Positions 19,191 to 28,548 of a stretch of DNA of 64,000 nucleotides are shown here, piece by piece. The stretch is from Alphaproteobacteria bacterium (GTDB taxonomy: Bacteria; Pseudomonadota; Alphaproteobacteria; Micavibrionales; Micavibrionaceae): positions 34,170 through 98,169 of the forward strand of contig JAGRKE010000015.1 of the NCBI GenBank assembly GCA_020442385.1, written 5' to 3'. The first letter of the stretch is position 1; every line of letters starts with the position of its first letter. Position numbers and translations under genes: made by a program. Below the pieces are notes generated by a model, which saw only the letters and a program-made list of their open reading frames with translations, had not been told where the DNA came from and searched no databases.

Positions 19191-19574
19191 TTAGTTTACC
19201 TCAGCCAGAAACTCTTTGAAATCGCTTTCATTGGATTTGGGAATATAGACGGGAATGGTTTTCGCACCGTGCGCAGCCAGTGTCAGGAATTCTGCCCGGC
19301 CCACGCCGATCTCGACATTGTCATTAATGCCAATCCCAAGAATGGGTTTTTCCAGCGGCTGGTTCTTGCTGAGTTTTTCCTCGACCAGTGCGCGCTTTGG
19401 TTTTTCGCGCGGCGGCAGATCGCGCTCGGGCTTGATTGTGCCGTCATTCAAAAGCCACTCAAAACTGAATATTGAATCGCGCCAGCTCTCCAGCACGCGC
19501 GCCACATCGACGGTTATTTCAAGATAACGCGCGGCGTCTTGGTGGGCGATGAATTCTATCTGTGTCACATCCAT
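19191..19574 (-). CDS. hypothetical protein (127 aa)
   Basis: Clean ORF 5 nt upstream of 18469..19185, so probably the same operon. No motif recognised. Confidence 0.55.
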   Translation of the reverse strand: MDVTQIEFIAHQDAARYLEITVDVARVLESWRDSIFSFEWLLNDGTIKPERDLPPREKPKRALVEEKLSKNQPLEKPILGIGINDNVEIGVGRAEFLTLAAHGAKTIPVYIPKSNESDFKEFLAEVN

Positions 19575-19634
19575 GATTGAAAACCCTCTATCTTTCTATA
19601 TATATGAAGGAGGTAAAGCATTTGTAAAAGGATT

Positions 19635-19841
19635 ATGAGCAAAATGCCCGCAAAAAAGAAAACGCAAGGACCGGAAGTGATCATATGCGATAAAGACGTC
19701 GATGGCGTAAGCTGCGATGGCGGCGGCGGCGCGCTGGGCCATCCGAAGGTCTGGTACAGCTTTGACGGGCAGGATAACGTGGAGTGCGGCTATTGCGATC
19801 GCTTGTTTACCAAGACCGGCACAAAAGGCAAGAAAGCCTGA
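19635..19841 (+). CDS. zf-CHCC zinc-finger domain protein
   Basis: 68 aa with ...CDGGGGALGHPKVWYSF...VECGYCDRLF. Confidence 0.8.
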   Translation: MSKMPAKKKTQGPEVIICDKDVDGVSCDGGGGALGHPKVWYSFDGQDNVECGYCDRLFTKTGTKGKKA

Positions 19842-19855
19842 AACCGTTGCTGATT

Positions 19856-19883
19856 CTTGATTTAGTGCGAAAAAACCTTATAT
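19856..19883 (+). promoter_or_regulatory. RpoH (sigma-32)-type promoter candidate for the Hsp20 gene
   Basis: CTTG (19856-19859), 17 nt, then CTTATAT (19877-19883), about 75 nt upstream of the Hsp20 ATG. This matches the remembered alphaproteobacterial heat-shock consensus CTTG-N17-CYTATNT. Confidence 0.45.
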
Positions 19884-19956
19884 AATTATAAAAGGCGGCG
19901 CTGCATGAGGCGGGCTGCTCTTATATTCAAGACTCGCTCATAAGGAGGAGTAGATA

Positions 19957-20442
19957 ATGACTTCAGGACGACTGACCCTATTCGACAGCCCGCTATTTCT
20001 GGGTTTTGATCAATTGGAAGAGACCTTCCAGCGCATGCGTAAATCCGCTGGTGATGGCTATCCTCCCTATAATATTGAACAAACAGGCACGCACACGCTG
20101 CGCATCACGCTGGCGGTCGCGGGCTTTACCATGGACGAGCTTGATGTAGAGATCGAGCAAACGCAGCTCGTCATACGCGGTCGTCAAAATGATGACGATC
20201 AGCGTGTGTATCTGCATCGCGGCATTGCGGCGCGTCAGTTCCAGCGCGCTTTTGTTCTGGCGGATGGGATGGAGGTCAAAGGTGCGGCGCTGGATAACGG
20301 CCTTTTGCATATCGACCTGGAGCAACTCACGCCCGAGCGCGTTGTGAAGAAAATTGAGATTAAAAATGCTGAAGGTGACGGCGGTCATTCACAGGCGATT
20401 GACGTTGAAGCCACTGAAGTTAAACCAAAACCAAAGAAATAG
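19957..20442 (+). CDS. ibpA: small heat-shock protein, Hsp20/IbpA family
   Basis: 161 aa with alpha-crystallin core PPYNIEQTGTHTLRITLAVAGFTMDELDVEIEQTQLVIRG. Confidence 0.92.
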   Translation: MTSGRLTLFDSPLFLGFDQLEETFQRMRKSAGDGYPPYNIEQTGTHTLRITLAVAGFTMDELDVEIEQTQLVIRGRQNDDDQRVYLHRGIAARQFQRAFVLADGMEVKGAALDNGLLHIDLEQLTPERVVKKIEIKNAEGDGGHSQAIDVEATEVKPKPKK

Positions 20443-20514
20443 TGTCGACGCTAAGAAAATTTTAATGAGTGTTGGGCACAATCTGTGTATACTAAGAATT
20501 AGCGAGGGTTTTTC

Positions 20515-20760
20515 ATGATCAATAAACATTCTGATGCAGAACTTATTCAGCCCAGAGAACTTCTGAAGAATCTGTCTTCACGCGATTTCCTTAATTTCGG
20601 TCTAGAGCAAGTGGCGTATATTCGCCCGATCAGAATTGACGGCCAGTCCGCATTTGCGGTTCATGGTGCGGACGGTACACCGATCGCCGTGTCTGAGACC
20701 ATGGACGGTGCTGTGATTAATGCACGCCACAACGACCTTGAGCCGTTCGCGGTAAACTAA
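20515..20760 (+). CDS. DUF1150-family protein
   Basis: 81 aa with YIRPIRIDGQSAFAVHGADGTPIAV. Sits in the usual position after Hsp20 in alphaproteobacteria. Confidence 0.75.
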   Translation: MINKHSDAELIQPRELLKNLSSRDFLNFGLEQVAYIRPIRIDGQSAFAVHGADGTPIAVSETMDGAVINARHNDLEPFAVN

Positions 20761-20777
20761 ATTTTCCGATTATAGAT

Positions 20778-21239
20778 CTAAGCAGCCAGCAGCCACCCGT
20801 CAGGGTTGGTGAAGTGTGCTTTAAGTGTATCTTCATCCTGCGCATCGCGTAGTTTCTGACATAGCTCTTCATTGCGCAGCAGGCGAGAGATGCGTGATAG
20901 ACCGCGCAAATGCAATCCGCCGTGATCTTCCGGGGACAGCAACAAGCAAATCAGGTCTGCCGGCTTCTGATCCAGCGCGCCAAAATCAACAGGCTGAGCC
21001 AGCGTGGCCAGCGCCACATAACGATTTTGCAAAAGGGGTGATTTCATATGTGGAATAGCAACGCCCTCGCCAACGCCCGAAGCAAAGGCTTCTTCCTTGG
21101 CCATCAGCGTTTCAACGAGTGACTGCGAGGAATATCCTAAATCTTGGCTAATGCGCTCCGCCAGAGCCGCAAAAACGTCTTTCCTCGAAGCCGCCTTGAT
21201 GCCTGCCAGAGCAGCATCAATCTGAATGGTATAGAGCAT
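20778..21239 (-). CDS. ptsN: PTS IIA-like nitrogen regulatory protein (EIIA-Ntr)
   Basis: GVAIPH phosphorylation-site motif and position after hpf/rpoN. The track ORF extends to TTG 21374. ATG 21239 (MLYTIQIDAAL) gives a normal-length protein. Confidence 0.85.
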   Translation of the reverse strand: MLYTIQIDAALAGIKAASRKDVFAALAERISQDLGYSSQSLVETLMAKEEAFASGVGEGVAIPHMKSPLLQNRYVALATLAQPVDFGALDQKPADLICLLLSPEDHGGLHLRGLSRISRLLRNEELCQKLRDAQDEDTLKAHFTNPDGWLLAA

Positions 21240-21417
21240 GCTTTTACCTTTTATGAATCCGTTTTTATTTTCGTCCGCGTGTCGTTTTTTATGTGATTCT
21301 ATCACGCTCGCAGCTTCTTTTGAGGGTTGAATATACCCAACAGATGTAAAAATCCAGATATTTTTTTGCTGCAATACATTATTTATGCACGCCTAATATA
21401 CAGGTGTGTATTTCAAT

Positions 21418-21445
21418 AAAAAACGCGCCCGTTTTGTGGGGCGCG
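21418..21445 (-). terminator. intrinsic terminator after hpf
   Basis: 7-bp GC stem CGCGCCC (21424-21430) / GGGCGCG (21439-21445), followed on the minus strand by a U-run (plus-strand A-run 21418-21423). Confidence 0.7.
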
Positions 21446-21474
21446 CTTTGTAAGTTTTATATATATAGGCGCGA

Positions 21475-22071
21475 TTAATCCTGTGGATCGACCCAGCCAA
21501 TATTGCCGTCCGGACGGCGGTAAATCATGTTCAAACCGCCATGTTTGGCGTTGCGAAACATTAGGGCCGGCTCTTGCGAAAGCTCAAGGCGCATCACCGC
21601 ATCCGAGACGCTGATTGTCTCAATTTCTTTTTCAATTTCCGCGATAATCGCCGGATCATCGGTCTGTGGGTTGTCGTCATTGGCGCTGATCTCTTCTGGG
21701 CCTTGCGAGGCGAGAACATATCCACGGGCCTTCATAATTTCCTCTTCGGGCGTATGTTCCTGACGGGCGTGGTTATCGCGCAATTTACGCTTATAACGGC
21801 GCAGCTGTTTCCCGACTTTGTCGGCGGCCGATTCGAAGGATGCGTAAGGGTCATTCGCCAGCGCATCGGCAACAACCATCAGGTTCTTACCCATTTGAAT
21901 TGAAATATGCACCTTGGTTTGCGGATGGCCGTGGCCTTCGCGTGAAAAGGTGACAGTCGCAAAAGCGGCGTGGTTGAAATACTTTTGGTTTAAGTCTTCA
22001 AGCTTATCCGAGACGTGCGTTTTCAGCGCATCGCCGACATCCATTTGTTTGCCATGTACGGTGAGTTCCAT
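21475..22071 (-). CDS. hpf: ribosome hibernation promoting factor (long form)
   Basis: 198 aa with MELTVHGKQMDVGDALKTHVSDKLEDLNQKYF and a C-terminal dimerisation-type extension. Confidence 0.92.
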   Translation of the reverse strand: MELTVHGKQMDVGDALKTHVSDKLEDLNQKYFNHAAFATVTFSREGHGHPQTKVHISIQMGKNLMVVADALANDPYASFESAADKVGKQLRRYKRKLRDNHARQEHTPEEEIMKARGYVLASQGPEEISANDDNPQTDDPAIIAEIEKEIETISVSDAVMRLELSQEPALMFRNAKHGGLNMIYRRPDGNIGWVDPQD

Positions 22072-22145
22072 GCGTACCTTCCTGTTTTTTGATTATCAGT
22101 TCTGAATAGTAACATTATAGCACGGAAATCTTTAAAACACAGTTT

Positions 22146-23600
22146 TTATAGGTTCTTTTTTTGCTTTCTGCGCTGCACAGATGATGGGATATGCATGGCT
22201 TCGCGGTATTTTGCGACGGTTCTTCTTGCAATATCAATGTCTTCAGTTTTTAGCATGGACACAATTTTATCATCCGACAAAATTTTCTTCGGATCTTCGC
22301 TGTCGATCATGGTTTTTATGCGTGCCTTCACTGCCTCTGAAGAATGGGTCGTGCCGTCCGCCCCCTCCAGCGCGGTGGAGAAAAAGAATTTCAGCTCAAA
22401 AATACCGCGCGGCGTGCCGATATATTTATTGGTGGTTACACGGCTGACTGTGCTTTCATGCATCTCAATCACTTCGGCAATATCTTTGAGAGTGAGTGGC
22501 TGCAGGAATTCAATCCCGTAATTAAAAAACGCATCTTGCTGCTCGACGATTTCTCCGGCGACTTTCAGGATGGTTTGCGCGCGCTGGTCCATCGCCCGCA
22601 CCAGCCAGTTGGCGGAGCTGAGCTGATTGGCTAGATATTCTTTGTCTTTCTTTTGTATCGCATGTTGGGCGACCTCGGTATAGTACTCATTATTCACTAA
22701 AACGCGCGGAAGCGTTTCGTTATTTAACTCAACGCGCCAGCCGCCTCCCAGGTTTTTCGGCAGTTTTTTCATCAACACATCGGGTATGGCGGTTTGAACA
22801 ACCAGATGATCAAATTCGGCGGCGGGTTTTGGGTTCAGAGCCTGAATTTCGCCGATCATATCGCGCATATAGGTCTCGTTAACGCCGCAAATACTGGCTA
22901 GTTTTTTATAATCTTTATCGGCCAGCAATTTCAGATTTTGCAGCAGGGTTTGCATCGGCTCATCCAGCTGCCCGCGATCCTCAAGCTGCAGGGCCAGGCA
23001 CTCCTCCAGATTGGCGGCGAACACACCCGCCGGATCGAACCCCTTCATAATCCCCAGCAGATTTTCAATACGCTCGCGCGAACACCCGAGCTGTTCGGTC
23101 AGCTCGGAAGGATCGGTGCGCAAATATCCGGCCTCGTCCAACTGGTCTATGATCAGGCCGCCAATCATGCGGTCGCGCGCATCACCGCAGGCAACGAAAA
23201 GCTGCTCGGTTAAATGATCGCGCAGCGTCTCGGGCTTGCTCATGCGGTTTTCGAAGGCCATATCGGCCTCTTCGAATTTTAAATTTCCGCCGCTGCCGAT
23301 ATCGGCCATGGATGATCCGGGGTCAAAATCCGCAGTGTTCGTATCATCATTGGTATTTGCGTCTTCAAAATCGCGCTCAATATCGTCTTTGGCGCTATCA
23401 TCCGCAACCTCATCCAGCGAGGATTCCGGCGCATCCGATTCAGCTTTTTCCAGCAGCGGATTTTTTTCCAGCTCTTCTTCGACAAACTCCGCCAGCTCAA
23501 CATTGCTCAGCTGCAACAGCTTGATCGCCTGCTGCAATTGCTGGGTCATTACCAGCTGCTGGGATTGTCTGAGATCTAGATTTTGGGAAATTTTACTCAT
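22146..23600 (-). CDS. rpoN: RNA polymerase sigma-54 factor
   Basis: 484 aa. Gln-rich region I (LRQSQQLVMTQQLQQAIKLLQ) and RpoN box ARRTVAKYRE. Confidence 0.97.
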   Translation of the reverse strand: MSKISQNLDLRQSQQLVMTQQLQQAIKLLQLSNVELAEFVEEELEKNPLLEKAESDAPESSLDEVADDSAKDDIERDFEDANTNDDTNTADFDPGSSMADIGSGGNLKFEEADMAFENRMSKPETLRDHLTEQLFVACGDARDRMIGGLIIDQLDEAGYLRTDPSELTEQLGCSRERIENLLGIMKGFDPAGVFAANLEECLALQLEDRGQLDEPMQTLLQNLKLLADKDYKKLASICGVNETYMRDMIGEIQALNPKPAAEFDHLVVQTAIPDVLMKKLPKNLGGGWRVELNNETLPRVLVNNEYYTEVAQHAIQKKDKEYLANQLSSANWLVRAMDQRAQTILKVAGEIVEQQDAFFNYGIEFLQPLTLKDIAEVIEMHESTVSRVTTNKYIGTPRGIFELKFFFSTALEGADGTTHSSEAVKARIKTMIDSEDPKKILSDDKIVSMLKTEDIDIARRTVAKYREAMHIPSSVQRRKQKKNL

Positions 23601-23634
23601 AAATCTACTTTAGCATAGATTACGAGTCTGTCGA

Positions 23635-24396
23635 TTAAAGCTTGAAGCCTTCACCCAGATAAACGCGCTGCACATCGGCGTTGTTGATGATGTCTTCGGG
23701 CGCGCCCTCCATCAGAACTTTTCCGTCATGCAGGATATAGGCGCGGTCAACAATGCCTAAGCAGTCGCGTACGTTGTGATCGGTAATCAGAACGCCGATT
23801 CCGCGGTCTTTCAAGTGCGAAATCAGGTTGCGAATATCCGCCACCGCGATCGGGTCAATTCCGGCCAAAGGTTCATCCAGGAGTATGAATTGCGGACGCG
23901 CCGCCAGCGCGCGGGCAATTTCTACGCGGCGGCGTTCACCGCCCGACAGGGCGACCGCAGGCGTGCGGCGCAAATGCTCGATGCCAAACTCGCCCATCAA
24001 ATCTTCCAGAAGCAATTCCTGATCTTCTGCGCTCAAATCTTGCGATTCAATAACGGCGCGCAAATTATCTTCGACCGACAACCCGCGGAAAATCGAGGCT
24101 TCCTGTGGCAGATATCCAACGCCAAGGCGCGAGCGGCGATACATCGGCAAAGCCGTCACATCCTGCCCGTCGACCAAAACATAGCCGCCATCGGCGTTAA
24201 TAAGCCCGGTAATAATGTAAAAGGACGTTGTCTTCCCCGCGCCGTTTGGGCCGAGCAAAGCCACGGCCTCACCGCGCTGAATGGTAAAGCTGACATCGCG
24301 CAGAACCGGGCGCTTCTTATAGCTCTTGGAGAGGTGCTGGGCGACCAGACCTTTGGGAACTTCCTTAATGCGCGCTTTGGGCGGTAATTTATCCAT
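23635..24396 (-). CDS. lptB: LPS export ABC transporter ATP-binding protein
   Basis: 253 aa with Walker [10 protein letters not shown], signature LSGGERRR, and position next to rpoN. Confidence 0.95.
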   Translation of the reverse strand: MDKLPPKARIKEVPKGLVAQHLSKSYKKRPVLRDVSFTIQRGEAVALLGPNGAGKTTSFYIITGLINADGGYVLVDGQDVTALPMYRRSRLGVGYLPQEASIFRGLSVEDNLRAVIESQDLSAEDQELLLEDLMGEFGIEHLRRTPAVALSGGERRRVEIARALAARPQFILLDEPLAGIDPIAVADIRNLISHLKDRGIGVLITDHNVRDCLGIVDRAYILHDGKVLMEGAPEDIINNADVQRVYLGEGFKL

Positions 24397-24405
24397 GATG
24401 CTTTC

Positions 24406-25035
24406 TTAAACCTTGCTCACAGCCAACTTTATACCAAGTGCGATTAATAATCCACCACAGATGCGGTCGATCCATTGCGTAAAATTTAAAAAGATTTTTT
24501 GAATTTTCTGATTGGTTAAAACGATTGCTACGATGCTGAACCAGATGAAAGTGCTAATGACGCATGTTGCCCCGTAAAGAAGTTGAATTTCAAATGGTGT
24601 AGAGGGATCAATAATCTGAGTGAAAAGCGCCAGAAAATACATTGTGGCTTTTGGATTAAATAAATTTGTAACAAAACCAGAACGCAACGCCTTTACATTC
24701 GACATTGTAGTTTTTGTTTTTCCTGAAAGATTGATTTTTTTGTCGAAGCCGTTTGAAAACAAAGCTTTCATGCCGATATAAATTAAGTATCCAGCACCGA
24801 TATATTTGATAATCGAAAAAAGCATAACAGATTGTGAAATGATCGTTGCGAGTCCGACTAGGGAATAGAAAACATGGACTACAATTCCGCCAGCAAATCC
24901 AAGTGCGGTATAAATTCCGGCTTTTCTTGAATATAGAACGGAGTTTCTAACAGCCATTACAAAGTCTGGTCCGGGTGACATGAGGGCGACCAGATTAACG
25001 ACAAACAAAATTAGCCATGCATGCATAAATTCCAT
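24406..25035 (-). CDS. LysE/RhtB-family amino-acid exporter
   Basis: 209 aa with six hydrophobic segments and SPGPDFVMAVRNS N-terminal motif. AT-rich gene. Confidence 0.8.
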   Translation of the reverse strand: MEFMHAWLILFVVNLVALMSPGPDFVMAVRNSVLYSRKAGIYTALGFAGGIVVHVFYSLVGLATIISQSVMLFSIIKYIGAGYLIYIGMKALFSNGFDKKINLSGKTKTTMSNVKALRSGFVTNLFNPKATMYFLALFTQIIDPSTPFEIQLLYGATCVISTFIWFSIVAIVLTNQKIQKIFLNFTQWIDRICGGLLIALGIKLAVSKV

Positions 25036-25037
25036 CG

Positions 25038-25889
25038 CTACTGTCCTCCAGATTTCTTTTCACTGTTGGGGTAGAACACGCCGCGCACCTGCCCGCCGGT
25101 TTTGGCGCTGCCGAACATGCGGCTGGTGTTGGTGTTCATATCCACTTCCGCGCGCTCGCCTTCCAGAATATTCGGCCCGCGCTTGATGATGACATCGCCT
25201 TTAATCTCTGCGGTGTTTGTATCGGCCTTATAAATGCCGTACGCGCCGGTGATCACTTCCGTCGGCGTGGTGATAACAACATTCCCGATCGCCTCCATGG
25301 AGTGCAAAACGCGCTGGCCTTTTGCATTTTCCTTGAGCAAAGCTGAAATCTTATCCGAGCGCAGCGTATCCGTGCCGCCTGTAGGTTTCGGACGTATAAT
25401 TTTCGCATCGCCCAGCGCCACCAGACGCCCGTCTGTCACCCAATATTCAAATTTGTCACGCGCGGTGAGGGTTTGGTCGGGTGATGTCATTTTCAGATTA
25501 TCGCCAGTCATAACCGCAAGACCCTGATCAACCTCATAGGTCGCCATATCGCCATACGCATTATTCTCGCGTGAGGAAATCACCACATTGTCGGTGGCTT
25601 TCATTTTATAAATCTCAAGGCCCGAACCGTCCCCGTCGCGGTAATCCGCGGTCAGGGTTTGCGCGGCAATCGAAACATCGCCTTGCTTGGCTTTGGCATT
25701 GTCGCGGGCGATAAATTGCTTGTCATTGCGCAGCCATTCCAGCGTTTTATCTGCCGTGATTTCAATCGGCTGGTCGCTGCTCGATGGTCCGCCAAGCCCT
25801 TGGGCGCAAACCGGGGCGGCGCATAAAATTACCGCAATCAAAAGAAGAATAAACCTATTCACCGAACACCCCTCCCAAATCACTTTCAC
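25038..25889 (-). CDS. lptA: LptA/OstA-family periplasmic LPS transport protein
   Basis: 283 aa with a signal peptide and repeated OstA-like beta-jellyroll sequence (PIEITADKTLEW..., GNVVITTPTEVITG...). Confidence 0.85.
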   Translation of the reverse strand: MKVIWEGCSVNRFILLLIAVILCAAPVCAQGLGGPSSSDQPIEITADKTLEWLRNDKQFIARDNAKAKQGDVSIAAQTLTADYRDGDGSGLEIYKMKATDNVVISSRENNAYGDMATYEVDQGLAVMTGDNLKMTSPDQTLTARDKFEYWVTDGRLVALGDAKIIRPKPTGGTDTLRSDKISALLKENAKGQRVLHSMEAIGNVVITTPTEVITGAYGIYKADTNTAEIKGDVIIKRGPNILEGERAEVDMNTNTSRMFGSAKTGGQVRGVFYPNSEKKSGGQ

Positions 25890-26556
25890 CGCGATTGCGC
25901 AGAATCAGTTTCGCCGGGCCGGTAAAAACCAAATGGCCTTTCACATTATCGGCCTTCAGGCCCTTGGCGTTGAGCGTGCCTGCCGGGCCTTGGCCGTAAA
26001 CATCCACATCTGACCAAGCTTGCGATGTATTTAAATCCAGATTCAGCTCGGCCATTTGCATTTGATAGCCCTCATCATGGAAAATCTCAACATCCCCCTT
26101 CAGGATCAGGCGTTTATTATCTTGGCGGTATGCGCCGTTTTGCGCCTGCACCGCAACCCAATTGCCGCTGGTCAGCAACATATCCGCCAGCGGGGATTCT
26201 AAAATCACCAGATCGTCATTATTCTCCCCGCGCACGGCGCGGTTGGCGGTGACGGTATAGGGCTGGTTTTTGCTGTCGACGCTTTCAAAGCGTGGGTTGA
26301 GCAGCTCATTCTTCCCGATGATTTTCGGGGCGTTCGCGCTTTCAACAGGAATGATATTATCATCGCTCATCTGCCCCCATGCGAAAACGGCGGCGATAAT
26401 CATGGCCGCGATTAGCGGCAGCACGAGGCGCATACGGCTGATAAACAGGGAATATTTTGGGTTGTAGCTGGCTGGGCGGGGATCGCGCGCAGCGCTGAGC
26501 CGCTCCATGCGGTCATTTTGCTCTACGCGTTTATAGAAATCGTTTTCATCGTCCAT
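25855..26556 (-). CDS. lptC: LPS export system protein LptC
   Basis: 233 aa with a single N-terminal TM (LVLPLIAAMIIAAVFAWG), an LptC-like beta-rich body, and a conserved position. Confidence 0.8.
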   Translation of the reverse strand: MDDENDFYKRVEQNDRMERLSAARDPRPASYNPKYSLFISRMRLVLPLIAAMIIAAVFAWGQMSDDNIIPVESANAPKIIGKNELLNPRFESVDSKNQPYTVTANRAVRGENNDDLVILESPLADMLLTSGNWVAVQAQNGAYRQDNKRLILKGDVEIFHDEGYQMQMAELNLDLNTSQAWSDVDVYGQGPAGTLNAKGLKADNVKGHLVFTGPAKLILRNRGESDLGGVFGE

Positions 26557-26578
26557 AATTTATATGTAGCGCGCTTTC

Positions 26579-27568
26579 TCAGGCGAGGCCAGCCTGAAGA
26601 CAATCTTGCAGCCTGATTAAACCTTTAAGCTCATCACCATCCATCACCAAAAGGCTGGTTAGATAATGGCCCGGCGTATTGGTCATCATATCCATCGCTT
26701 CAACGCCCAGTGCTTTCGCGTTGATGGTTTTTGGGGCGCTGGTCATCACTTCGGTGACGGGTTTTTGCAGCAGATTTGCATCCATGTGGCGTTTCAAATC
26801 GCCGTCGGTGATAATTCCCTTCATACCGCCTTTATCATCGGTGACAACGACCAGACCCAAGTTCTTTTCGGTCAGAACTAAAATCGCTTCGTCCATTTTT
26901 GCGCTGTCTTTTACAAAGGGCATATCCGCATGCGCAACCATCAGCTCGGTTACGCTCATCAAACGCTGGCCCAGCTTGCCGCCGGGGTGGAAGACCTTGT
27001 ATTGCTCTGGTGTCAGCCCCATACGCTCCAGCAAACTTACCGCCAGCGCATCGCCCAGCGCGATCATCATGGTGGTGGAGGTTGTTGGGGCCAAACCGTT
27101 CGGGCAGGCTTCGGGCGCTTTGGGTAACAGCAGGGTAATATCTGAATGGCTGGCCAGTGTGCTTTCTGGATTGCTGGTCATCGCGATCAGGGTAATTTTA
27201 TAGCGGCGCGTGTAATGAATTAGGTCCGATAATTCCGAATTTTCGCCGGAGTTTGAGAGCATCAGAACCACATCATTATCGGTGATCATGCCCATATCGC
27301 CGTGGCTGGCTTCGCCTGGATGCACGAAGTAAGACGGCGTACCGGTCGAGGCCATAGTTGCGGCAATCTTGCGTGCGACGTGGCCGCTCTTGCCGATGCC
27401 TGCGACGATCAAACGTCCGGGCTGGCCGGCTTTTTGCTTCATGTCGTGAATGGCGGAGACGGCCTTGGAAAAAGACTCATCAATGGAATCGTTCAACGCC
27501 TGCAGGCCGTCAATTTCGGTTTGCAGGGCGCGCTGCGCGTTTTGAATATCGGTTTTGGACTCGCTCAT
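26579..27568 (-). CDS. kdsD: arabinose-5-phosphate isomerase (KpsF/GutQ family; SIS + 2 CBS)
   Basis: GRLIVAGIGKSGHVARKIAATMASTGTPSYFVHPGEASHGDMG. The track ORF extends to 27685. ATG 27568 (MSESKTDIQ) is the likely start. Confidence 0.92.
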   Translation of the reverse strand: MSESKTDIQNAQRALQTEIDGLQALNDSIDESFSKAVSAIHDMKQKAGQPGRLIVAGIGKSGHVARKIAATMASTGTPSYFVHPGEASHGDMGMITDNDVVLMLSNSGENSELSDLIHYTRRYKITLIAMTSNPESTLASHSDITLLLPKAPEACPNGLAPTTSTTMMIALGDALAVSLLERMGLTPEQYKVFHPGGKLGQRLMSVTELMVAHADMPFVKDSAKMDEAILVLTEKNLGLVVVTDDKGGMKGIITDGDLKRHMDANLLQKPVTEVMTSAPKTINAKALGVEAMDMMTNTPGHYLTSLLVMDGDELKGLIRLQDCLQAGLA

Positions 27569-27581
27569 GAGGTCGGCCTTA

Positions 27582-28193
27582 TTAATGCTCGAAAATATCA
27601 ATATCCGGCCAGCCTTCCAGATCCAGCTCCGCGCGGGCGGGCAGGAAGTCAAAGCACTTTTGGGCCAGTGCGGTGCGCTCTTCACGCTTTAGCATCTCAT
27701 CAAGCTTTTCTTTCAGGGCATGCAGGTGCAAAACATCATTGGCGGCATATTCCAGCTGCGCTTCGCTCAGTTCGTCTGCGCCCCAGTCGGATGTTTGCTG
27801 CTGCTTGTTCAGCTCAACGCCCAAAAGCTCGCGGCAGATATCGCGCAAACCGTGGCGGTCGGTGTATGTGCGCACCAGTTTGGAGGCGGTGCGTGTGCAA
27901 TAGACGTTGTTTGTCTCAACGCCGAGGAACTTTCTAATCACCGCCACATCAAAGCGCGCAAAGTGATACAGGATTTGTGTTTTTGGATCGCTGAGCACTT
28001 TCTTCAGGTTCGGTGCATCGTAAGTGGCGCGGTCCAGCTGCACAATATGCGCCTCACCATCACCGTCCGAGAGCTGCACAACGCACAGCGGGTCACGGCT
28101 GGGGTTCAGGCCGCGCGTTTCGGTATCAACGGCGATAGATTTGCCAAATTTTACAGTGGCGGGCAAATCGCCCTTATGAAGATGTATGCTCAT
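27582..28193 (-). CDS. rnd: ribonuclease D-like 3-prime-5-prime exonuclease (short form)
   Basis: 203 aa with DTETRGL (ExoI) and YAANDVLHLH (ExoIII) motifs. Confidence 0.85.
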   Translation of the reverse strand: MSIHLHKGDLPATVKFGKSIAVDTETRGLNPSRDPLCVVQLSDGDGEAHIVQLDRATYDAPNLKKVLSDPKTQILYHFARFDVAVIRKFLGVETNNVYCTRTASKLVRTYTDRHGLRDICRELLGVELNKQQQTSDWGADELSEAQLEYAANDVLHLHALKEKLDEMLKREERTALAQKCFDFLPARAELDLEGWPDIDIFEH

Positions 28194-28307
28194 GCGTAAT
28201 TCTTTTAAGTCTTTCAGCTCTTTAACATAGAGTTTGTATCACACCCTTTTTCGAAGATAAAGAGTGCGGCCGCCGGTTTGTATTACGGGTTTGTTTTGTA
28301 GGATAAA

Positions 28308-28394
28308 TGGTGCCCAGAAGAGGACTTGAACCTCCACTCCCTTACGAGAACTACGACCTGAACGTAGCGCGTCTACCAATTCCGCCATCTGGGC
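28308..28394 (-). tRNA. tRNA-Leu (anticodon CAG)
   Basis: 87 nt: GCCCAGATGGCGGAATTGGTAGACGCGCTACGTTCAGGTCGTAG...GGTTCAAGTCCTCTTCTGGGCACCA. Acceptor stem GCCCAGA/TCTGGGC, anticodon loop TTCAGGT, long variable arm, encoded CCA. Confidence 0.93.
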
Positions 28395-28414
28395 ATGTGT
28401 GAATTGCGGACCTT

Positions 28415-28443
28415 TTGATATAGGACTTGGTTGGGCTTGTCAA
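28415..28443 (-). promoter_or_regulatory. sigma-70-type promoter for tRNA-Leu
   Basis: On the minus strand: TTGACA (28443-28438), 17 nt, then TATCAA (28420-15). This puts the start about 10-15 nt before the mature 5-prime end of the tRNA. Confidence 0.5.
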
Positions 28444-28548
28444 ATATTGTGCGTGTAAAAATTAATCCTTTCATTTTGATGGTTTTTTAACGATCATAAG
28501 GCACAGTGGTTATGGGGCTTTCCCTTCTTCAATCAAAGGCTTTCGTGC

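Noticed and set aside
28194-28548. tRNA-Leu as a possible genomic-island integration site.
   Set aside because: There is no integrase, no direct repeat of the tRNA 3-prime end, and both flanks (rnd/kdsD/lpt on one side, a response regulator and recR/lolA/ftsK on the other) look like core genes.
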